Assembly: GCA_051294375.1 (NCBI GenBank) | Contig: CM119263.1 | Location: 1,554,535 to 1,618,534, forward strand | Direction of reading: 5' to 3' | DNA length: 64,000 bases | Source: Paraspadella gotoi | Taxonomy: Eukaryota; Animalia; Chaetognatha | Shown here: in pieces, positions 38,736 through 50,642 of the stretch | How the letters are laid out: each line of letters starts with the position of its first letter | Position numbering within the stretch: the first letter of the stretch is position 1 | Position numbers and translations under genes: made by a program | The notes under the pieces: model-generated | What the model was told of the DNA's origin: nothing | What the model saw: the letters and a program-made list of their open reading frames with translations, nothing else | The model's database searches: none

Positions 38736-40018
38736 AAGTAGATTTGACCTTGTTTGACTTCCCCTGATCTATACATTCAGATATCATATCACTAGTATCT
38801 GACTAGTACAGGCCCCTTGTTCCTTCTTCCTCCGTCAGGCCCCCTTTTTTTCCCTTTCCTTGATCAGGCCCCTTGTTCCTTCCTTCTCTGCCAGGCCCCT
38901 CTTTTTCCTCCCTCCCTGGTCAGGCCCCTTGTTCCTTCCTTCTCTGCCAGGCCCCTCTTTTTCCTCCCTCCTTGGTCAGGCGACCAGAAAACGAAATCCA
39001 GATTCGATGACTTTTTAATGGGTTCACTTTTTTTGCATCAGAGTCGCAACGGGCGGTCAGTTTGGCGGCACCAGATGGAGAAAGGGGGAAATGAGGAAGA
39101 GGAGGAGGAGTAGGAGGAGGAGAGAGGAGAGGAGGGGGAAAGGGTAGTGAGAGTGAAAAGAGGAAAAGGTTGATTAAAATGATATTAAAAATTAGAAATG
39201 TCCGAATTTCTTTTTATACAAAATCTGATCCAAACTTTGAATCAGTTTGCCCTGGTTCCTCTTTTTCTACCCCAAAAAACTAAAACTAAATTAATTCTTG
39301 TTTGATCCTTCGAAAACTTCTGCGCGCTGAGCCTGTTCTCAGTTCTTGAATAATTTCAGGGCCNNNNNNNNNNNNNNNNNNNNNNNNNGGCGAAGAAGGA
39401 AAGAGAGAAGAGCGAAGAGGAGCAAGAGGAGGCGACGAGACTCGGAGAGAGCAGAGGAGGAGAAAGGAGAGAGATAGACCAGTAGCGAAGAGAGAGAGAG
39501 GAGAGAGAGGAGAGAGAAGAGAGAGAAGAGAGAGAGAGAGAATGAGAGAGAGAGAGAGAGAGAGCAGAGAGAGAGAGAGATAAGACAGAGAGAGAGAAGA
39601 GAAAGAGAAGAAAGAGAAAGAGCAATGAGAGAGATGAGGAGGACAGAGGAGAGGAGAGAGAGGAAAGAGAAAGAGATTTTCTTGGATGGCAGAAGGTCCT
39701 TCCCTGACGTTGCGTTGAAGGATTGAGGAACCCCTCCAGTCAGTGTTTGCTTCTGTTGGTTGATGAATATCGAAAAATGAAGTTTGTGAGCAAAAGGAAT
39801 TGAGCAGAAAGAAGGCTCGCGACGTCCACGCCGCAGGGTCCGTGGAAATGAAGAGGAAGAGAGAGAGAGAGAGATGAAGAGAAGAAGAGAGAGAGGAAGA
39901 TGAGAGAACGATGAGGAGAATGAAGCACGATGAGAGAGAGAGAGTCGTTTTTGTCGCCCCAAGTTAATCTGACGACTTTTCTTTCCATTCGGCCCCACTT
40001 TCAAACCGGGCGCTCTCA
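38736..40018 (+). repeat. ~1.3-kb segment, copy 2 of the local direct duplication (indel-rich, contains a 25-N gap)
   Basis: Same unique sequence as 33707-34800, with scattered 1-nt indels and an extra caggcccc... repeat unit. Confidence 0.9.
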
Positions 40019-40051
40019 CCGTCTCGGAATTAATCTTTCGCGTCTCCTCTG

Positions 40052-40066
40052 GTTTCCCATGGTAAC
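40052..40066. promoter_or_regulatory. RFX X-box-like motif
   Basis: GTTTCCCATGGTAAC. Confidence 0.45.
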
Positions 40067-41286
40067 GACGCGTTTCCTCGGAATCCCGTCTTCCCGTCTG
40101 TTTTGTTTGTTATTTTTTTTTTTTTATTTGTGTCGGCCGGAGTCCTTGGAAAGGGTATAAAAGAGCTAGACAACGTCGATCGGACCGTCAAGCCGCTCTT
40201 GTCTACGCGACGTGGAGTAATTAATAGGAGAGAGGAGAGAAAGAGGGTAGAGAGAGATTGAGTGACGAGAGAGAGAGAGAAGAGAGAGGAGGAGAGAGAG
40301 AGATGAGGAGAGAGAAGGCGCCAGATGCCCGGATTTAATATTAGGGAAACTCGGTCTATTAGGAGAATGCCACAGAAGAGAATAAGAGAAAGAAAGTATC
40401 GGGGAGCTGCCTCAAAGTGCGTTTGACTGTGACACAAAAACGATTTGGAAAGAGGTTAATGAAGAAGAGCAGATGAGACGGAGACAGAGAGAAGGTTTTA
40501 AAGGAAGAAGAGGCAGAAGATGTAAGAGAGAAGACCGAATAGAACGAAGGCAGGGAGGAGAGAAGAGAGGAAGAAAGAGAGACGGAGCACGGAGGACGGG
40601 CAGGAGAAGAGGGGAGGAGGGATGGATGATGAGAGAGAGGGGAGAACGAGGAGAGAGAGACGAGAAGAGAAGGAGAGCCAGATGGAGAGGAGAGGGAGAT
40701 AGTGTGTGTGTCGGCGCTAAACTATTTAGTTCGGGACAAAAAATGTGAAAAGACGCTCATACAGATTGACACCGAAAAGAATTAAAAAGAAAGATTAAAT
40801 AGAAAGAAAAAAAAATCACTAAAAAGGAAAGAAAAAGACTGAAAAAAAAAAAAAAGCCAGAAATTTTCTTTTTAATTTCTTAAAACGATTTTGAATTTTT
40901 TTTAAAAATAATTTTATCGAGATATAAATATTGAAGTTTTATGTCTGCGATTGACATTGGCAACAATTTCAAAACGAAAATTTTGACATTTACATTATCA
41001 CACAAACGATATAATTGATGATTTAAACATAAAGTTCTTTACATAGTAACCTAATTGTTTTGAACGATAACTAACGATAACTAACTTTACAAACAAATGC
41101 TAAGAATCACAAGAATTCGTAAGAAGCAGAGACATCGGGACAAGAAAGAGGTGCGAACCCGAGACCAAAGCGATAAACATTCTGAAAAAAAATGGCATTA
41201 GACGCAGTTTAACGACGACGAAAACGACGACGACAACGACGAGACAAACAGCAACTGAAATTTTTTTATGCATCATAATTTTGTAG

Positions 41287-41390
41287 AGAGGGACGGGGCC
41301 CTAATGGTGATACAGTCTGATCCGACTCTCAGGAAGTTCTTATATTGAACGGTTCTATCACTAACTCACAACATTATTTTGTCTCTTCAA
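41287..41390 (+). mobile_element. SINE family A, 5'-truncated diverged copy
   Basis: agagggacggggc...tacagtctgatccga...ctcagg...cttatattgaacggttctatcactaac...gtctcttca matches the 3' half of copy 1. Confidence 0.7.
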
Positions 41391-43586
41391 TCTGTAATTA
41401 AAATAACTTGTTTTTTATATTTTTTAATAAAGTTATCATTCACAGATATAAATTGATTTCACAGTCCTAAAATTCTTTCCTCTCTCACAAGAATTCATTC
41501 GGTGTCACATTTCTCTTCGACTCTAATCACGTTTCAGATTTCATCCAAAATACTTGTCTTAACCTCGTCATTCTGCTGACGTGAAAATCCTTCTTTTTCC
41601 CTTTTCCTTTTTACGCTGGAATTCAATCCTTTTTTTTCTTCCTTTTCCTTATTTTTTTTTCTTCTCCAATCTTCTTTTTTCAGCTTTAATCTTCTATTCG
41701 TCTGAGCTTCCCCGCTTCCACATTCTACTGCTTCTATTACACATTCTATTGCTCCTCTTGCACATCCCATTGCTTCTATCGTACATTCTATTTATCATTT
41801 TGAACATTCCATTGCTCCTATCACACATTCCAATGCTCCTCTTGCACATTTTATTAATTCTGTTACACATTCTATTTCTCTTTTCTCTTTTTTTCTCTTC
41901 CTTCTCTTCCTCCTCCTTTTCCTCCGTCCCTTCCCCCTCCATCCCTACTCCTCCTCTTCCTCTTCCTCCTCCTCCTCATCCTGCCCCTCCTCCTCCTCTT
42001 TCTCCTCTTCCTTATCCCTATTTTTCTTTTTTTTTCTTTCTAATTTTAAAAAAAGTTTCGAATTTCCCTGAGAAAAGAATTAGTATTGGCGATGGTGGGC
42101 GAACGAGAGAGAAGCAATAACCACGAGAAAAAAAAAGACAACAAAAAGAAAATAAAAAAAAGCTAATAAAGGCTCAGCATTGTTAGGAACTTTCCTCTCA
42201 ACCCTCCATCGCTATCGCTGCTCTTTCTTTCTTTATCTCTCCTCGCTCCTCAATCTCCCTTCTCTGCCTCTCGCTCTCCCTCTCCCTCTCCCTCTCCCTC
42301 TCTCCAGATAAAAACGGATTACGATCGACGAAACAAAACAAAAAGTTTTTTTCGTTCATAAAAAAAAGAAAAAAAAAGAAAGAAAAATCGTTTGAAACTC
42401 ATTTCTGCTCGAGATTTAAAGTTGAGCTAAATGAACTCAGCGTCTCATTCTCAAATCCGTCAAAGTTTCACGATCACTGTGAAGATAATAAAAAAAGCTG
42501 AAAATCACTGTGCATTAAAAGAAAGAGAGAATCGATCTTTATTACTTTTAAATTCGTTCACATGATCACACTTATTTCCTTTTATCTCTCTTATCCCGTA
42601 ATAAATCCATTATCAACGTGATTTTGCCCTTTCTTATTTTTCTCACTTGCTTCTCTCATTCCTTACAAACTCCCCCTGACCTAACCCCCCCTCTCCTATC
42701 AACCTCCCATTTCTCATTTTCCCCCCTAACCCATCCCCCACAAAAAGAAAGTTCCCATCCAAAGGTTCATCTTCGTCGCTAAGTAACGTCTGGAGGTCGT
42801 TTTGGTCTTTTACGCATCCCCGATTCCTCCGTCTCTCTTCTGCGCTCTTCTTCTTCGTCTCTCCCCTTCCCCTTCCCTCCTCTTCTCTTCTGCTCTCTCC
42901 TCTCTCTTCGCTCCTCTCTCTCTCGATCTCTTCTGCATCACTCAGCTCTCCCTCCCCTCTTCTCTCTTCCCTCTCTCCATCTCTAGTCTCATTCTCTCGT
43001 CCTCTCGCCCTCCTCTCTCTCCGCTCTTTCCCGCGCCCTCCCGATTACCTAAACGAGGTCAAAATCTGAGGCCAACTGATTTTACTATACTTCCAAGGAA
43101 ACGCGGATAAATGGAAAGGGAGGGGGCGGTCCGGAAAGCAGGGCGGAGCTCGATAAAAAAGGGGTGTAAAGCGGGTGTCGACGGGCTGAATGTGGAGGAG
43201 GGCGGAGTAATTCGCGCGGGGGTAGGGGCAATAAGCTCGGGTCACAACCGCCGTATTCTAAAAGGCCGGTCCATTAAAGGCGGTTCTCTAAGAAAAAAAA
43301 AAAATTGAATGGATTGATGGCTTTATCTGTTGATTAAAATTGGAAACGTTGTCCGTGGGTCTGGAGAGAGAGAAGAGAAAGAGTGATCGAGAAGAGAACG
43401 TAGAGAAGAGGTAGAGAGAGAGAGAGAGAGGAGAGAGAGAGATGAGAGACGAGGGAGGGATGTAACGGCCACACANNNNNNNNNNNNNNNNNNNNNNNNN
43501 CGTCACAGTACAGAGCGTCTTTGTGACAAAAGCGTCTCCCAAAAAAGGAGACGATGAAAATCGCGATGGGAAAGATTAACTTGGTC

Positions 43587-43652
43587 GTCGCCATGGCAAC
43601 CGGTCTCGGAGTGTTTTGCGCTATAGCAACGCGTCCTATTCGCCATGGCAAC
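43587..43652. promoter_or_regulatory. Cluster of three RFX X-box-like motifs
   Basis: GTCGCCATGGCAAC (43587-43600), tgcgCTATAGCAAC (43617-43630) and ttCGCCATGGCAAC (43639-43652). Confidence 0.6.
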
Positions 43653-44012
43653 GCTCGATTCTCAATCACCAACGTCGACTCTTGTTTTGGTCATGAATCT
43701 CTGACCCTTTTGTGAGAGGGAGCATCCGAGGTCCAGGGGGAGAGGTGAGTGAAATCTGTGGGTGAGGTGGATTGTGTGTTGGTGAGAGTGACGGGCTGGG
43801 TGAGAGGTTCGAGTGACGTGAACGGCTCACTGTGGGACGACGAAACAGCCGACAACGACAACGACAACGACAACGAAAACGACGACGATTCGACGACAAA
43901 TCGCGTTCGTCAAATTAAAAAAAAAAAAACCGAAAGAAAAAAAAGGGAAAAAAAAGAAAATTCGCAATTGTCACTCGTCATTGGTTCCCATTAATATTTC
44001 TTGTTCAGCAGC

Positions 44013-44036
44013 GCAGGTGTGCAGGTGTGCAGGTGT
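44013..44036. promoter_or_regulatory. Three tandem GCAGGTGT E-boxes
   Basis: GCAGGTGT x3 with an 8-bp period. Confidence 0.45.
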
Positions 44037-47000
44037 GTAGGTTTGCTTTCTATACTTTCTCCAAAATCCAAACCGTTTAAGTGTGCAAGCCTCACTTATT
44101 ACTTCCCCCTCTTTTTCTCTTCCCTATCACTCTCTCTTTCTCTCTCCCCCTCTTCTTAGAAAGTCAAGGCCCTTTTTCCCTTCCTCCTCCTCCTCCTCCT
44201 CCTCCTCCTCCTTTCGCCTTTTTACGTCAGATCGATTCTCTTTCTCATTCAACCGATAGAGAAATTTACGCCATCCGATTTTCCAAAGCCGAGTTCCTCC
44301 CTGCCGCCCCCCCATGACAAACGCCAACTTTAGAGTAGAGCAAAACTTTGTCAATGGGGTGGGTTAGAAGTTTTATTTGGGAACCTTCCCAAATGAAACT
44401 TTATACAATTCTGAGAAAACTTTCAATGGACCAAAATTTTCTAAAATGGCAAGAAGCACTAGTAATTATTTTTTTAATATTTATTTATATATTTAAATTT
44501 TTTTTAAAATTTTGTATTTTTAAAAGCAGATTCAGAGAGCTTATAAAAAAGTTTTCTACACAAAGTATAATTCTTTTTCAATATTTTAATGATAAGTGGG
44601 TTAAATTGGGAAAAACCTAAAAATATTATCCTCATCATCATCCGATAATTTTAGTAGATTTTGCTAGTTTTCAGTAATAAAACATCAAAATTTTAAAAAG
44701 TTGTAATTACATTTTTGGCTTAACTTGTTGAGCTCTATCAGAATCAATTAAAAAACATAAAATATCGAGAAAAAATTTTTTTTACATTATATAGCAAAAT
44801 AAGAATTCTTATTGGCGAATTACTCATGGTTTGGAACATTTTTGCAAAAAAAATATCTTAACACAATAACTAATACCAATAATGGATTCGTTTAAAACTG
44901 TTCTCACTAAAATTTGAATTTGGTCGGCTATCGCGATTTAGAGGGTCTCTTTCCTTGTTTTACTATATTTAACTAAATTTAAAGAAATTCTATAAAGTAA
45001 AATATATTCTTAATAAATGTTATATCTATTTCATAGTTTTACTTGATATATTTGTATTAGTATAATCGGGAGAGAGATTATAGAGTTCTCTTCTAGAAAT
45101 AGAAGGGAACATCTACACAATACGAGTTATAGCAGATATTAGCATAACTAGCCAACATTACCAACGATATCCACTATGCCCTCATAGAAAGGATCACACT
45201 AGCCTTACCATTGAGCCGTCCATCACTCCGGGCCCAAACCACTCCTCATCGCCCTGACCCTCTTAATCAACACCCCATCCCTTCGAGTTGCTTCCACTCC
45301 ATCTCCGCCTTTAAAAGCAGAAGAAAATTGGGGGAAAGTTGAGAGAAACTGCGGGGAGAGAGAGAGAGAGAGGGAGAGAGAGAGAGAGAAGAGAGAGAGA
45401 AGAGAGGATGAGAGAGAGAGAGAGAGAGAGAGGAGAGAGTAGAGAGATATTGTTAATGATTTGGAGAGTGGAAGGAAGAGAAGGAACTACAAAAAGTCGG
45501 TAGATAAGGTCCAGCTCAGAGGTTAGTTATATTTTCCAGTTCGTTTAAGAATAAGATTTAACCAATGAGTAACCTATCCGATCCAAAACACCATACAATA
45601 TCATACCATCCCGTTACTCTACCATAATACCATACCATACCAAACCAAAGTACATAAAAATTTCTCGCGATCTTTTTCACCAAGTAAATTTTCTCAGGAA
45701 CGTGACTGGTCGAGGAATGAGACGAATACTTATATCTGGGCGTGACAGCCGTGACACCATAAGTGACAGTCGTGGGAGGGTGGGGAGCGGTGGGCGTGGC
45801 TCCATGACCCCGAGCTAAGGAACCAAATTTCCGGTGACCAACTTTTCCCCTCGAATCTTCGTCTGTTTCCTTTTATTCTTTTTTCTTCTCCAACGAAAAG
45901 ATTATTTGTTCTCGTCGTCGTCGGTAAATCAAATCTATTGGCTTTTGTCGGTCTGGCACTTGTCGGCTTGTTTCGTCGGCCGGTTGGATCTCGATTGACT
46001 TCTCAGTGAAGCCGATTTTTACTTTCAGTCGCTTGGGATCGAGTTTTTAGGCTTTTTTTTTGGGGGGGGGGGTCAGAACATAAAAATGACGATTCAGTTC
46101 GTTTGTTTATATAAAAGCTTTAAGCCACTATATCCACTCCTATATGACAAGGCATGTCACTTATTAAATGAATAGATACTTTTTATATTAATTAAACGAA
46201 TTTTAAAGTAAACAGTAACAATAAAAAAGAAAGAATAGAAAAGCAATCATCGAAGTCTATAAAAAAAAGCATCTGGAAAAACAACAACAACAACAACGAC
46301 GACGAATGTAGAAACGTTCAGTGATATCGATTTCACGCGAACTCGCCCGACGAAATCCGATGTGAATGTCTTTTCTCACGAGTTTCACATTTTGGCGAAG
46401 AAATTTTCGTTTCACAAAAAGCTCGAATTCACCCTTTCACTCTTCTTATGTTCACCTCTTTAAACTTGGGATCCTTTTCTCCTCGGAATTCCAATTTCAC
46501 CATTTTCTCTTTTCACTGCTTGAGATCCAGATTGTGATTCGAAACTTTGTGATGATTCATCTTGTTATTTGCATTCGTCTCCCTGCGTTCGATTGTCTTA
46601 CTTCTCACGTTTAGAAACAGATGATCTTTTAATTTCTCAGAAAAAAAAAGTTATTCTATAAATGTTTTTACAATGTCTACATTCATATTTTGTTATATAT
46701 TTATTTATATTTCAAATCTCTTTCAACTTTTTCCCGACTTCTTCACTCTTTATTCAAATGTCATTACATTCTTCTTCACCTTTCTTAGCATATCACATAT
46801 TATCACATATTATCTTTTCTTTTCTGAAGTCTCAACATCTCTGCACTTTTGTCGAATCTACTCAACTATACTTTCTCTAGACTCTTCTAAACTCACAAGT
46901 CTTAATTAATCTTGACTTTTTTCAACCTCTCTTCTCTTCTATTTAAACCCCACTATCCTCTTTTTTATCTCAACTTCTCTCAACCTATCTCTTCTTCCTT

Positions 47001-47097
47001 GTCAAAGATCGAGATTCCAATTTCCAACGAGCAACGATTTTCGAGAAAATGAAATTTTGATGCCAAAATTTTTGCGAAGAAAAATCGAGAAAAATTT

Positions 47098-47570
47098 AAA
47101 CGACGACGACGAAGACGACGAAGACGACGACGAAGACGACGACGACGACGACGAAGACGACACCGTTAAAGACGACGATGAAAACGACGAAATGTGGATG
47201 ATAACGACGACTACGAAGATGATGATGATAATGACAACAAAATGTGGACAACAACGATGACAATGACAAAATATGGATGATGACAATGACAACAACAAAA
47301 TGTGGGTGATAACGATGACAATGACGAGAACAACAACGACAATGACGACGACCAAGACACCGATAAAGACGACGATAATGTCGATCAAATGTGGATGACG
47401 ACAATGAGAACGAAGAAATGTGGATGATGACGACGTCGATGACCAATACACCGATAAAGACGACAATGACAACGACGAAATGTTTACAACGACGATGACA
47501 ACGACGAAAAGTGGACGATAACGATGACAACGACGAAGACGACGACGATCATGACGACGATGATAAAGAT
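47098..47570. repeat. Cryptic (GAC/GAT/AAC)n trinucleotide low-complexity tract
   Basis: Degenerate ACG/ATG/ACA triplets with recurring aaatgtgga. Similar tracts at 22985-23230 and 24300-24660. Confidence 0.85.
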
Positions 47571-47589
47571 CGCTGACTTAGAATCTTCA

Positions 47590-47609
47590 AGGTCAAAGGT
47601 CAGAGGTCA
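47590..47609. promoter_or_regulatory. Triple AGGTCA half-site array (two overlapping DR1 elements)
   Basis: AGGTCA-A-AGGTCA-G-AGGTCA. Confidence 0.5.
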
Positions 47610-48425
47610 AGGGAGGTCGTTCGATGGATGAATATTGATCCACGAGAGAAGAAGAAAAGATGATTCCGTTTTGATTAGGAAAAAGAAACATATCTCGGTT
47701 ATATATTCGCATTTGCATAATGTAGCGCAGAGATAATCTCGCCGCAGTAAAGACGCGACGCACGCATCGCACGCTTAAAATATTCTACGCGTGTGAAATT
47801 ATCTTCACGATGATTGTCGATATTAAGCACACGCATTTTCACGGTGCTTGTTCAATCCGGATGCGCACAACTCTTATTCTAGGTGTACGCATCTGTCGGC
47901 TCCTCCATTACAGGTGCACGCAGAAACCCAGATGCAGAATCACCGAAGTCAAAAATCCCCGAGTGGCGGAAAAGACGAATGTCGAGATTTTTGGGTCAAA
48001 GAATAAAAAGGAAAAGGGAGGAAAAAGGAAAGAAAAAAGGAAAAGAAAAAATGGAGGAAAGGAAAGAGAATTATGGCGATATAAAGAAAGGAATGGACGG
48101 AGGAAGAGATGAATGGGATCGAGGAAAAAAGGGAGGGGAGGAAAGGGAGGGAGGAAGGAAAATATGAAATTAAGTGGAGGGTAGGAAGAGAATTAAAGGA
48201 AAGAGGATGGAATGATAAGAGAGATGATATTAAGAAATGAAAGTCAGGGTTCTCCGATTATGAATTAGAGCTTCTTCTCTTCAGAGAATAATATCGAGAG
48301 GGGGGGGGGCTTTTGATAACAAATATTTGCTCATGCGGGGGGGGGGAGAGAAGACGGAAGAGAGGCGCGACGAGAAATCAGGAGAGATGGAGAGAATGAA
48401 TGAAGGAAAGAAGAGAAAAAAGAAA

Positions 48426-48481
<56 letters not shown>

Positions 48482-49579
48482 GAAAAGAATGTAAGGAAAA
48501 GAGGGGTAGATTTTAGGCGATAAAGATATTTTTAAAAATGTCTTTATCAACTGATTACAGAATTATTATATCAATACAACTTTTTTTTACTAATGAGAAA
48601 ATCTCGTAGATTTAGGATCTTTGACATTTTCGCCTTTTGCGGAAACGAGTGTTAAAGTAGGAAGGTCGTAATCGAGATGAGAGAAACCGAATCGATGTGA
48701 AAAAAGAAAATGTGAGGTAATGAGATGAGTGAAAGAAGGAAGGGGATGAGAATCACGGAGATGAATGTGAACCACGCTGTGAGGGGCGGGGGCGGAGGCT
48801 GTGAGGGGGCGGGGGCCGGAGGAGAGGGGAATTTGGAAATAGGAGGCGATAAAAAAAGTTGAAAGGAGAAAAGATAAGATGCGTTAAATTGCGTCACGGC
48901 AAACGTAAAATCGGAAACGAACAAATAGGAAAAGATTCGGGATTGACTTATAACAAATAAAAGCGCTTTTAGTCAGAGTATGGTCAAAGAATGACAAAAG
49001 ATATTAGTAACAAAAGATGATGACGAAAAAATTCATAGTTAAAAGAATAATGGGATATAAAGGAGAAAAGATGACAAGAAAACATCACAAACTATGCCAA
49101 AAAGAAGACACGAAATCAGAAAAAGGATAAAGAATGGATAAAAAGATGACAACGGAAATCACTTAGTGACCAAAGACGAATAAAAAGAGACACGCAATCG
49201 GAATGATGACAAAGGATGGAGAAAAGATGACAAAAGAAGCCACTGGAGAAAAAAAAAGAATAAAAACAAAAAAAGAGAAGTAATGGAAATAAAGAGAAAA
49301 AAAAGACGAAATAAATTGAGCAGACGTCGTTCGTCGCCAAAATCAGAATCTTTTGATCTTCGACGAAGAAAAAAAGAAAAAAGAAAAAAGAAAAAGAAAA
49401 AAGGATTAAGATAAGAGGATTTGGAGGAGAATTGGGGAAATAAGCGATGGACGAAAAATCAAGACCAAAAACAAAAGGCTTGACAATGTGTAAATAATAA
49501 ACAAACTCTTTAACAAAAACGTAAACATCATATAAGCGTTTTTAATCGTAATGTGATGTATCTCATGGAATTTATATAG

Positions 49580-49805
49580 ATACAATTGAAACATTCTTTG
49601 AAACATTAAACGACTTCATTAATGGGGAAGTCATGTACTTTGAGAGTGAATAAACGAGACTGTGAGAGAGTCTTGATAAAAATCTTACGGGGTCTTGCTT
49701 TCTTATTTTATTGTAAGAGTGATGGAGGCCGTAAACCAGGTCAAGAGTTAGGGGCAAGATAGCTTAATTATTAAATGAATGTATAATATTCACATTGTCG
49801 TACCA
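49580..49805 (+). mobile_element. Family B repeat, diverged copy
   Basis: atacaattgaaacattctttgaaa...gagtgaataaacgagactgtgagagagtcttgat...gtaagagtgatggaggcc...gggcaagatagctta. Confidence 0.75.
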
Positions 49806-50284
49806 TATATCATCTTGCTGCTTACACTGGTTAAACAGACTGACAGACGGACGGAGAGAACCGAAAAAGGGTGGAACCGATAAACGGGCTGACAAACAGA
49901 CAAAGAGATGGATCCTCGCAGATCCGCAATACGAGTTTTCCCTTCTCTATTTCTTTCGCTTTCCTTCGTTTGGTCTCTCGCGATTCTTTGCCCTTTTTCC
50001 TTTTCCCATCTTTTTTTGCCACATCTTTCGCCGTCCGTTGCGGTCTGCAACCAAAATCGATCTTAAGTTCGTCCTGGCGCTCCGCTACCGCACGCTCAGC
50101 GTCGACGGTGATTCGAACCGTCTGGACTTCTTCCCGGGCGGGTCCTCAATGGTATTGGGGCCCCGGTCACGTGACCGTCAGTGCACAAAAGGCCGGCGCA
50201 GGCGTGGTTGAACACGCACGTGGCCGTCGCGAGCGGACGAACACAGACTAAGTGGTCATCATTTCTGAGATGGAATCGCTGACC

Positions 50285-50337
<53 letters not shown>

Positions 50338-50535
50338 AGAGAGAAGTAGAGAGTAGAGAGAGAGAAGAGAGAAGAGAGAGAGAGAAAGAAGCGAGAGAGA
50401 TAGTGAGACAGAGAGAGAGGGGGGGGTCGTTTTGCTGACGGAGAAAATTGTGGAAAGGAGAGAGTGGGAGGACATATGGAGATTAAGAAAAGAGAATGAG
50501 AAGGAACGAGAAGAAATCAGAAGGAAGAAGTATAT

Positions 50536-50642
50536 ACTATGTTATTATCCTGTAGTAAAGAGGGATTGAGGCCTTAAGCCACTTTCGCCATAAGTCAGGG
50601 TGTCAATATAACTCATTTTTATTAAACTTGGTTTTACCAATT
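50536..50642 (+). mobile_element. Family B repeat, degraded 3' fragment
   Basis: ctatgttattatc...gaggccttaagccac...agtcaggg...ttggttttaccaatt. Confidence 0.5.

Noticed and set aside
33707-40018. LTR retrotransposon (two ~1.1-kb direct repeats with an internal tRNA-Lys PBS-like motif)
   Set aside because: The repeats lack a clear TG start and TSD and contain microsatellites and an N gap. The PBS-like motif is ~1 kb from the nearer repeat and on the opposite strand, and no gag/pol is visible. An assembly duplication is more likely.
49795-50251. Coding exon in the GC-rich 50.0-50.25 kb island
   Set aside because: No recognisable domain or convincing splice pair. It is better explained as a regulatory CpG-rich core.
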